Shown here: piece by piece, positions 16,995 through 24,092 of the stretch | Position numbering within the stretch: position 1 is the stretch's first letter | Layout: each line of letters starts with the position of its first letter | IMG/VR virus record: IMGVR_UViG_2558860161_000001 | Direction: 5' to 3' (one strand) | DNA length: 31,894 nucleotides | Source of the DNA: a virus | Taxonomy: Duplodnaviria; Heunggongvirae; Uroviricota; Caudoviricetes | Made by a program: the position numbers and the translations under genes | The notes under the pieces: generated by a model | Told to the model about the DNA's origin: nothing | What the model saw: the letters and a program-made list of their open reading frames with translations, nothing else | The model's database searches: none

Positions 16995-17453
16995 ATGGCT
17001 TCCGATAACCTGGTCAATGTCACCATTAACGATGAATCCCTGCGCCGGAGCCTCCGTGCGCTGGATCTTGCTGCCACAGACCTGGAACCCGCGATGCGCA
17101 AAATCGCCGGAACCCTGCTGGCGGAAACGCAGTTTAACTTTCTCGATGAGGGGCGTCCGGGGTGGACTCCCTCGCTGGCAGCGCAGGAGCGCGACGGGCA
17201 AACGCTGCAGGATACCGGGCGTCTGATGGGGTCGGTATCAACCGACCATGACGACCGGCAGGCAGCGGTTGGCACTAATGTCGTTTATGGGCCGATTCAC
17301 CAGTTTGGGGGTAAAACGGGGCGTAATGAGTCCGTTGAACTTCCTGCCCGTCCGTTCCTGCCGCTGACGGGGGACGGTGAGCTGCAGCCTGAAGTGGTTG
17401 TCCCTATCCTCGATACGATTGTCCGCCATCTTGAAGCAGCGGCCCGTCGCTGA
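16995..17453 (+). CDS. Virion morphogenesis protein (Mu G-like)
   Basis: 152 aa with the VGTNVVYGPIHQFGG ... ARPFLPL signature of the family. Confidence 0.7.
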   Translation: MASDNLVNVTINDESLRRSLRALDLAATDLEPAMRKIAGTLLAETQFNFLDEGRPGWTPSLAAQERDGQTLQDTGRLMGSVSTDHDDRQAAVGTNVVYGPIHQFGGKTGRNESVELPARPFLPLTGDGELQPEVVVPILDTIVRHLEAAARR

Positions 17454-17497
17454 GTTTTGTCTCTGCAGGCGGGTGATTTATCATTGCCAGCCGCTGA

Positions 17498-17533
17498 GGG
17501 GCTGTATTACCTTTATAAAGGCTTTACAGCCCC
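17498..17533 (+). terminator. Long hairpin after the G-like gene (9-bp stem GGGGCTGTA/TACAGCCCC enclosing the palindrome CCTTTATAAAGG), followed by GCTTTG
   Basis: Inverted repeats at 17498..17506 and 17525..17533 with the 12-bp palindrome 17510..17521 in the loop. Weak U-tract. Confidence 0.4.
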
Positions 17534-17635
17534 CGCTTTGCACCACTATTCGCCCGCAGCGTGACATTCCCCGTACTGATACCCCCGATTTTTTCTAAAG
17601 CAGATTAAAAGCGCTGCTGACGCTTTTTCCACAGA

Positions 17636-17663
17636 CTGTCCCCGACAACGTAACGCGGGACAG
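17636..17663 (+). promoter_or_regulatory. Stem-loop (CTGTCCC ... GGGACAG) whose 3' arm contains the only SD-like GGGA, 4 nt upstream of the I-gene start
   Basis: Inverted repeat at 17636..17642 and 17657..17663, with ATG at 17668. Possible translational control of the protease/scaffold gene. Confidence 0.3.
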
Positions 17664-17667
17664 CAAA

Positions 17668-18765
17668 ATGCCAGCCATTCACATTTTTAAAGCCGGTACT
17701 CATACCGATATGCACGGCACGAAATTGCCGTTCACGCAAAGCGATCTTGCCGCCTGCGTGAAAGCCTATGACCCGTCCGTCCATGAAGCACCACTCGTTA
17801 TCGGCCACCCCAAAACGGAAGACCCGGCGTGGGGCTGGGTGAAATCCCTGTCGCTTAACGGCGGCGATCTGCTGGCTGAGCCTGACCAGCTCGACCCGCA
17901 GTTTGCCGAACTGGTGGGCAACGGGCGCTTCAAGAAGGTCTCAGCCTCGTTCTATCTCCCGGACTCACCGAACAACCCGAAGCCCGGCACGCTTTACCTG
18001 CGTCATGTCGGCTTTCTGGGGGCGCAGCCACCGTCCATTAAGGGGCTTAAGCAGGTTTCGTTTGGTGAGAAAGAAGAAGGCGTCGTGGAGTTTGCCGACT
18101 GGAGTGATATCACCAACGCCTCTTTATGGGGCCGTCTGCGCGATTTTCTGATCGCCCAGTTCGGGCTGGACGAGACCGACAAGGTGCTTCCTTCATGGCA
18201 GGTGGACTCCCTGCGTGAAGAGGCTTACCGCGACACCGGGAAGTCTGAACCGGACTTCAGTGAACACAATCCCACCCCTCAAAAAGAGAACAGCACCATG
18301 ACTGAAGAAGAAATCAAAGCGCTTCAGGCGGAAAACACGCGTCTGAAAGCGGAAGCCACCCAGCGGGCGGAACAGGAAGCGAAGGCTAAGCAGGACAAAC
18401 TGCACGCGGACAACGTCTCCTTTGCCGAGAAGCTGGTTGGCGATGGCCGACTGGCTCCTAAAGCGAAGTCGGTTGTCGTGGCCATTCTGGACGCGGTCTC
18501 TGCAGGCGACAAGCCGGTTGAGTTTGCCGAAGGCGATATCCGCACCCCTCTGGCCACGGCGTTTAAGACGCTGCTGGACAGCACTGAGCCGGTACTGAAT
18601 TTCAGTGAGCACGCGACCAAAGACCGCGTGAACACGGAGATCAAAACGACGTCAGCAGAGTTCGCTGAAGCCGACCCGGAACGTCTGGCGCTGCATCAGA
18701 AAGCGCTGGAACTGTCGAAAAAAGAAGGCATCAGCTACGACGCTGCTGTCTCCCGCTGCCTGTAA
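17668..18765 (+). CDS. Head protease/scaffold protein (Mu I-like)
   Basis: 365 aa. N-terminal Mu I-type domain (MPAIHIFKAGTHTDMHGTKLPFTQSDL...) and an acidic/coiled-coil C-terminal scaffold-like region. Confidence 0.8.
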   Translation: MPAIHIFKAGTHTDMHGTKLPFTQSDLAACVKAYDPSVHEAPLVIGHPKTEDPAWGWVKSLSLNGGDLLAEPDQLDPQFAELVGNGRFKKVSASFYLPDSPNNPKPGTLYLRHVGFLGAQPPSIKGLKQVSFGEKEEGVVEFADWSDITNASLWGRLRDFLIAQFGLDETDKVLPSWQVDSLREEAYRDTGKSEPDFSEHNPTPQKENSTMTEEEIKALQAENTRLKAEATQRAEQEAKAKQDKLHADNVSFAEKLVGDGRLAPKAKSVVVAILDAVSAGDKPVEFAEGDIRTPLATAFKTLLDSTEPVLNFSEHATKDRVNTEIKTTSAEFAEADPERLALHQKALELSKKEGISYDAAVSRCL

Positions 18766-18778
18766 TTAAGGAGAGAAC

Positions 18779-19732
18779 ATGTCTGACTATTTAAAGGGTA
18801 AGCGCGTTGTTGACCCGGTGCTGACCAGCATCGCTCGCGGTTATAAAAATGCCGCATTTATCGGCGAACGCATCTTCCCCATTGTCCAGACCGATAAGGA
18901 AGGTGTGACCGTCCCGACCTTCGGTAAATCCGCCTTTGTTGAGTACGACACCGAGCGTGCCGTGGGGGCTGACAGTAACGTCCTGGTACGTGAGAAGACC
19001 GGCAAACTGGATCTGGTTCTTAACGAGCACGATCTGGCCGCGCCGGTGGACTACCGCGAGCAGGCGGAGTCGATGTTCAACGAAGAGGCCAAGGCCATTC
19101 GTCGCGTGACCAGTGGCGTCAACCTGAAGCGCGAACTGTATGCGGCCCGTCTGGCGCAGGACAAAAACGTTTACCCGGCATCGTCCGTTAAAGCACTGGC
19201 AGTTGCTGAACGCTGGGTCGGTGGTAAAGGTGATCCAATTGGCATTATTGAAGGTGGCATTGAGGCGGTACGTAACAAAACCGGCCTGCGCCCAAACCTG
19301 ATGACCATGGGGGCCAGCGTCATGTCGCTGCTGAAGTTCCACCCGGCGATTCAGGCCGCGATTGGAGCCAACGAGCGCAAGCGTATCACCATCGAAATTC
19401 TGAAAGACCTTTTCCAACTGGAAGATGTGGCGATCGGCGAGCCGGTCTCCATGGCCTCCATGAAAGACGCGCAGAACAAGGACAAAGTCCCGACCGATAT
19501 CTGGGGTGACAACCTGATGCTGCATTACGTTGGCAAACCGCAACCAGGCACCGACAGCGCCGACGAAAACGAGCCGTCATTCGGTTACACCCTGCGCCGT
19601 AAAGGGATGCCGGTGGCGGATAAATACGACGGTGTCGGCGGCAAAGTGAAGTACTGCCGTTATACCGATATCTACAAAGTCGCCGTGGTCGGTGGCGATG
19701 CCGGGTATCTCGTCACCAACATTGTGAAATAA
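18779..19732 (+). CDS. Major capsid protein (Mu T-like)
   Basis: 317 aa with AAGGAGAG Shine-Dalgarno. Positioned after the protease/scaffold gene; sequence fits the Mu T major head subunit family. Confidence 0.85.
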   Translation: MSDYLKGKRVVDPVLTSIARGYKNAAFIGERIFPIVQTDKEGVTVPTFGKSAFVEYDTERAVGADSNVLVREKTGKLDLVLNEHDLAAPVDYREQAESMFNEEAKAIRRVTSGVNLKRELYAARLAQDKNVYPASSVKALAVAERWVGGKGDPIGIIEGGIEAVRNKTGLRPNLMTMGASVMSLLKFHPAIQAAIGANERKRITIEILKDLFQLEDVAIGEPVSMASMKDAQNKDKVPTDIWGDNLMLHYVGKPQPGTDSADENEPSFGYTLRRKGMPVADKYDGVGGKVKYCRYTDIYKVAVVGGDAGYLVTNIVK

Positions 19733-19742
19733 GGAGACGGTC

Positions 19743-20099
19743 ATGGGTACAACTCAACAGGTCATTCTGACCACCACCGTGACGGCCAGCGCGGCGCTGA
19801 CGCAACAGCGCTTTGTCGGTGCCGATAATGGCCCCTGTCAGGCCGGTGCCGTGGCGCTCGGTGTGGCAGAGGTGGATGCTGCTGCCGGTGATGTAACGCC
19901 GGTCAACGTACTGGGTATTGTTGCCGTCGAGGCTGGTGCTGCGATTGCTAAAGGGCAGAACGTCCAGTCGGATGAGAATGCCTGCGCCGTTCCCCAGACA
20001 GCCGCATCGGGCGAGACCCCGGCGGGCATTTCTGCCGGGATTGCGCTGGATGAGGCGCTGGCCGAAGGTGACGTTATCCGTATCCTGCGCGGGGTGTGA
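19743..20099 (+). CDS. Small Gly/Ala/Val-rich head protein (possibly DUF2190-like)
   Basis: AAGGAGA Shine-Dalgarno before ATG at 19743. 118 aa located directly after the major capsid gene. Confidence 0.5.
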   Translation: MGTTQQVILTTTVTASAALTQQRFVGADNGPCQAGAVALGVAEVDAAAGDVTPVNVLGIVAVEAGAAIAKGQNVQSDENACAVPQTAASGETPAGISAGIALDEALAEGDVIRILRGV

Positions 20100-20100
20100 T

Positions 20101-20547
20101 ATGTACTGCACCCTCGCGGATTTGCTTGAACAGGTTCCTGAGCGGACGCTAATCCAGCTCACCAATGAGGAGCTGGACTTCGACTCGCCCGCGACGGTGA
20201 AAACTGAGGTGGTGGACAGCTGTATTCGCTATGCCGATGAACTGATTGATGCCCATCTGCGCGGACGCTATACCCTGCCGCTGGCGGAAATACCGACCGT
20301 TCTGCGGGACATTGCCATCACGCTGGTGCGTTACCGGCTCTACACCCGCCGCCCGGAAGGGGCTGTCCCGGATACCGTGAAGGATGACCACAAAGAGGCC
20401 CGGCGACAGCTGGAGGGGTTGCGTGACAACAAGCTGACGCTGGGGCTGCAGTCCACTCAAAAAGACGTGCCTGAGTCCGGTGAAATCCGGGCGCGGGCAC
20501 GTCGCCCCACCTTTGGCGGGCGCGATGGCTTACTGGAGAAATACTGA
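20101..20547 (+). CDS. Mu gp36-like protein (DUF1320 family)
   Basis: 148 aa. Position and sequence fit the gp36 head-tail connector family. Confidence 0.6.
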   Translation: MYCTLADLLEQVPERTLIQLTNEELDFDSPATVKTEVVDSCIRYADELIDAHLRGRYTLPLAEIPTVLRDIAITLVRYRLYTRRPEGAVPDTVKDDHKEARRQLEGLRDNKLTLGLQSTQKDVPESGEIRARARRPTFGGRDGLLEKY

Positions 20548-21011
20548 TGAACGTTCTGCCCGTCCTCGATGCAGTACTGACCCGGTTACGGGAGAAGCTG
20601 CCGCAGCTGCAGGTGGAGTACTTCCCGGAGAAACCGGCTGAGTATCGCCTGAATCATCCGGTTGGGGCGCTGCTGGTGAGCTATGCCGGGTCGCGCTTCG
20701 ATAAGCCGAATGATATCGGTGCGGTGCTCCAGACTCAGACTATCCAGCTCTGCGTCACGGTAGTTTTCCGCCAGCTCAACGGTAAAAGAGGCGCGATTGA
20801 CGTTCTGGATGCAGTCCGTCGCATCCTCGGTGGCTACACCCCGCCGAACTGCCGCCGTCGCATCTGGCTGACCCGCGAGGTGTTTATCGGTGAGGTCAAG
20901 GGGCTGTGGCAGTACGCCCTCGACTTTGCCACTGAAAGCGTCTTTATCGAAGACAGCGATTTACCGTCCGGCCCGCTGTTAACCGAAGTGAACTATGAGG
21001 AAAGCGAGTGA
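20547..21011 (+). CDS. Mu gp37-like protein (DUF1834 family)
   Basis: 154 aa with TGATG overlap to the upstream gene. Confidence 0.6.
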   Translation: MNVLPVLDAVLTRLREKLPQLQVEYFPEKPAEYRLNHPVGALLVSYAGSRFDKPNDIGAVLQTQTIQLCVTVVFRQLNGKRGAIDVLDAVRRILGGYTPPNCRRRIWLTREVFIGEVKGLWQYALDFATESVFIEDSDLPSGPLLTEVNYEESE

Positions 21012-21262
21012 TGAAAGAATACCGCTATTCCGGCCCGGCCAGCGGCGTCACGCTGTCGGACGGAACCGAAATCCTGCTCTGGCCGGGGAAGAATGTTTCC
21101 CTGCCGGAGGAGCATGACTATGTGAAGGTACTGGTGGCGCTGAAGCATCTGACACCGGTATCTGAAGAGACTAAACCCGCCAGCACACCGGTTGTGCAGT
21201 CACCAAAGCGCAGGAACGCCGGCGACAACGATGTGAAAACGGAGGACTCCCATGGCAGCTAA
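21011..21262 (+). CDS. Hypothetical protein (83 aa)
   Basis: ATG at 21011 overlapping the upstream stop. Precedes the sheath gene. Confidence 0.45.
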   Translation: MKEYRYSGPASGVTLSDGTEILLWPGKNVSLPEEHDYVKVLVALKHLTPVSEETKPASTPVVQSPKRRNAGDNDVKTEDSHGS

Positions 21263-22679
21263 CTATCTGCATGGCGTCGAAACCATTGAGGTGGAAAACG
21301 GTGCCCGCCCGGTAAAAATGGTGAAGTCTGCCGTCATTGGCCTGATTGGTACCGCCCCGATGGGGGACGTCAATACGCTGGTGCAGTGCCTGTCTGAGAA
21401 AGATGCAGCGGCGTTTGGCAGCCAGCTCACCGGTTTTACCATTCCGCAGGCGCTGGATGCGATCTACGACCATGGGGCAGGCACCGTTCTGGTCATTAAC
21501 GTGCTTGATCCGGCTGTGCATAAAACCGCTGTGGCCGATGAAGATGTAACGTTCGACAAGGCGACGGGCAAGGCACAGCTGGCTAATCCGGTGGTCGCGC
21601 AGCTGGTACTGAAACCGGACAGCGATGGCCAGCCTTATGTGGAAGGTCAGGACTACTCGCTTGATGCACAGACCGGAGTGATTACCAACCTTGGTAAGAG
21701 CATTGCCGCAGATGCAACGGTGAAGGCCAGCTATAACTATGCTGATCCAACTAAAGTCACCCCGGCTGATATCATCGGTGCCGTTAACGCTGCGGGCAAC
21801 CGTACCGGCATGAAGCTGCTTAACGACAGCTTCAACCTGTTTGGCTACTTCGCAAAAATACTGATTGCCCCGGTCTTCTGCACCCAGAACAGCGTCTCGG
21901 TTGAGCTTATCGCCATGGCTGAGAAGCTGGGCGCGGTGACCTACATCGACGCGCCGATTGGTACCACTTTTGCGCAGGCTCTGGCGGGGCGTGGCCCGGA
22001 AGGCACCATTAACTTCAACACCAGCTCCGACCGCGTCCGTCTGTGCTACCCGCACGTCAAGGTGTACGACGCGGCCACCAACAGCGAACGGCTGGAGCCG
22101 CTGAGCCAGCGTGCTGCAGGTCTGCGTGCCAAAGTCGACCTGGACAAGGGCTACTGGTGGTCGTCCTCCAACCAGGAAATTCTGGGTATCACCGGCGTGG
22201 AGCGCCAGCTGTCGGCAATGATTGACGACCCGCAGAGCGAGGTGAACCTGCTCAACGAACAGGGCATCACCACGGTCTTCAGCAGCTACGGCAGCGGCCT
22301 GCGTCTGTGGGGCAACCGTATGGCGGCATGGCCAACGGTCACCCATATGCGCAACTTTGAGAACGTTCGCCGTACCGGTGATGTGATCAACGAGTCCCTG
22401 CGTTACTTCAGCCAGCAGTACATCGACATGCCGATTACCCAGGCGCTGATTGATGCGCTGACGGAGTCGGTCAACGCCTACGGTCGCAAGCTGATTGGCG
22501 ACGGTGCGCTGCTGGGCTTCAGCTGCTGGTTTGATCCGGCCCGCAACGAAGAGACGGAGCTTGCCGCCGGTCACCTGTTGCTGAGCTACAAATACACGCC
22601 ACCACCACCGCTGGAGCGACTGACGTTTGAGACCGAGATCACCTCGGAATATCTGTTAACCCTGAAGGGGAATAGCTGA
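21252..22679 (+). CDS. Tail sheath protein (Mu L-like)
   Basis: 475 aa, followed immediately by the tube gene. Conserved C-terminal sheath region (LRLWGNRMAAWPT...). Confidence 0.85.
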   Translation: MAANYLHGVETIEVENGARPVKMVKSAVIGLIGTAPMGDVNTLVQCLSEKDAAAFGSQLTGFTIPQALDAIYDHGAGTVLVINVLDPAVHKTAVADEDVTFDKATGKAQLANPVVAQLVLKPDSDGQPYVEGQDYSLDAQTGVITNLGKSIAADATVKASYNYADPTKVTPADIIGAVNAAGNRTGMKLLNDSFNLFGYFAKILIAPVFCTQNSVSVELIAMAEKLGAVTYIDAPIGTTFAQALAGRGPEGTINFNTSSDRVRLCYPHVKVYDAATNSERLEPLSQRAAGLRAKVDLDKGYWWSSSNQEILGITGVERQLSAMIDDPQSEVNLLNEQGITTVFSSYGSGLRLWGNRMAAWPTVTHMRNFENVRRTGDVINESLRYFSQQYIDMPITQALIDALTESVNAYGRKLIGDGALLGFSCWFDPARNEETELAAGHLLLSYKYTPPPPLERLTFETEITSEYLLTLKGNS

Positions 22680-23200
22680 TGGCAAAGATTGAGATCAACC
22701 GCATCACGAATGCCAACATCTACCTGGATGGCGCTAACCTGCTGGGCCGGGCCGAGGAGGTCAAACTCCCGGACGTCTCCATGACCATGCAGGAGCATAA
22801 GGCGCTGGGGATGGTGGGCAAAGTGGAACTCCCGGCAGGCTTCGACAAGCTGGAGGGTGAGATCAAGTGGAACAGCTTTTACCGCGACGCGATGCTGTCT
22901 GCTGCGAACCCGTATAAGTCGCTGGCGCTGCAGTGCCGTTCCAGCGTCCAGCGCTACAGTTCGCAGGGGCTGATTGACGAAATCCCGCTGGTCACATTCC
23001 TGACGATCATGTTCAAGAAGAACCCGCTGGGGACGTTCAAACAGCACGAGAACGCCGAGTTCTCTAGCAGCTTCACCTGCACGTACATCAAGCAGGTACT
23101 GGATGGTGAAGAGCTGCTGGAGCTGGACTATCTGGCCAACATCTTCCGAGTCGGCGGCGTTGACCAGTTGACTGACTACCGCATCAATATCGGGGGCTGA
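22679..23200 (+). CDS. Tail tube protein (Mu M/P2 FII-like)
   Basis: 173 aa with TGATG overlap to the sheath gene. Confidence 0.8.
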   Translation: MAKIEINRITNANIYLDGANLLGRAEEVKLPDVSMTMQEHKALGMVGKVELPAGFDKLEGEIKWNSFYRDAMLSAANPYKSLALQCRSSVQRYSSQGLIDEIPLVTFLTIMFKKNPLGTFKQHENAEFSSSFTCTYIKQVLDGEELLELDYLANIFRVGGVDQLTDYRINIGG

Positions 23201-23202
23201 CG

Positions 23203-23484
23203 GTGACCGTCGAGATTGAAGATAAAGGCGGGAACTGTGGTTCGATTGGCATGGGAAATGGTACGTGGTTTACCATCCTTGATATTCCGGGGGTGGAAAA
23301 CCTTTTTAATACCCAGAAAACCAATGATCCGATTGACTGCACCCGCTCTAAAGCACGGAAGCTCGCTGACCTGATTGAGGCATGGGAGCCACCTGACCAC
23401 TGGTTCACCGGCATCGGCAAATCTGAAGGAAAGGCGCTTCTTATCGCCTTCCTGCGTAACTGCAAAGGCTTTCGCACTCACTGA
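23203..23484 (+). CDS. Orphan small ORF (93 aa) between the tube and chaperone genes, unknown function
   Basis: GTG start 2 nt after the tube stop, with a GGGGG stretch upstream. Followed immediately by a strong intrinsic terminator. Coding status is uncertain. Confidence 0.4.
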   Translation: MTVEIEDKGGNCGSIGMGNGTWFTILDIPGVENLFNTQKTNDPIDCTRSKARKLADLIEAWEPPDHWFTGIGKSEGKALLIAFLRNCKGFRTH

Positions 23485-23491
23485 TATCACA

Positions 23492-23514
23492 GGGGCTTCG
23501 GCCCCTTTCTTCTT
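23492..23514 (+). terminator. Rho-independent terminator (GGGGC-TTCG-GCCCC then TTTCTTCTT)
   Basis: Perfect 5-bp GC stem with a UUCG tetraloop and a U-rich tail. Confidence 0.65.
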
Positions 23515-23530
23515 AATCCCCTTTAATATC
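23510..23530 (+). promoter_or_regulatory. 21-bp motif TTCTTAA-N3-CCTTTAATATC (copy 1), candidate late promoter/activator site
   Basis: Near-identical copy at 29326..29346. Both lie in late-operon intergenic regions 30-50 nt upstream of a start codon and contain a -10-like TAATAT. Confidence 0.35.
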
Positions 23531-23582
23531 CGTCACGTCCACCTCCAGACATACTGCTCTGAACTTACACAGGAGCACGATC

Positions 23583-23897
23583 ATGTCACAGACCCAATCC
23601 GATACTTTTAAGCTGTCTTACCCCTTCACCACCGCAGCAGGCACCAGAGTTGAGCAGGTTGAACTGAAACGCCTGACGGTCAAAGACCTGAAGCAGGTGC
23701 GCAAAATCAGTAAAGACCCGGCTGACTGGGACGAACCGCTCATTGCCCGTAGCACCGGTATTCTCCCCGAAGACCTCGATAACATGGATCTTGCCGATTA
23801 CATGGAGCTGCAGAAACGATTTCAGCAAGTCACTGGGCTGGGCAAGAGCGACGAAAACGCTGATGCAGGCGCAGGGGCTGCTGGCGAGGTGGTTTAG
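23583..23897 (+). CDS. Tail assembly chaperone (P2 gpE-like)
   Basis: AGGAG Shine-Dalgarno 7 nt before ATG at 23583. 104 aa. Located between the tube and tape measure genes. Confidence 0.6.
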   Translation: MSQTQSDTFKLSYPFTTAAGTRVEQVELKRLTVKDLKQVRKISKDPADWDEPLIARSTGILPEDLDNMDLADYMELQKRFQQVTGLGKSDENADAGAGAAGEVV

Positions 23898-24000
23898 ATT
23901 TCAGCCGGGGGAGATTGATGCCCTCGATACTGACGATCTGGAGATGTGGCTGGAGCAGGCTGAAGAGCAAATCAAAAGCGAGTTCGGCGACAATCAGTAA
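23743..24000 (+). CDS. Putative frameshift-dependent C-terminal extension of the tail chaperone (E'-like), in the +1 frame
   Basis: Overlapping ORF in the +1 frame relative to the chaperone, open from 23743 and extending about 100 nt past the chaperone stop, with no good independent start. Geometry resembles G/GT or E/E+E' pairs. Confidence 0.35.
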   Translation: MPVAPVFSPKTSITWILPITWSCRNDFSKSLGWARATKTLMQAQGLLARWFRFQPGEIDALDTDDLEMWLEQAEEQIKSEFGDNQ

Positions 24001-24013
24001 CGACTCATCACTT

Positions 24014-24036
24014 AACAGCCGCCCCTCGCGGCTGTT
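24014..24036 (+). terminator. Hairpin AACAGCCGC-CCCTC-GCGGCTGTT upstream of the tape measure gene (possible attenuator)
   Basis: 9-bp stem. The T-rich sequence is not immediately adjacent. Confidence 0.35.
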
Positions 24037-24092
24037 CTGCATGGCTCTCAGACATTTTCCTTCCGTTTTTCCGCTTTCAGAGGATAACAACC

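Noticed and set aside
17454-17667. Possible anti-CRISPR locus between the G-like and I-like genes
   Set aside because: No start codon or ORF of any useful length on either strand in this 214-bp region; it holds only RNA hairpins.
21171-22574. 467-aa ORF antisense to the tail sheath gene
   Set aside because: Overlaps a confidently assigned sheath gene on the opposite strand; translation is low-complexity and Arg/Ala/Gly-rich, as expected from reading GC-rich coding DNA backwards; no start context.
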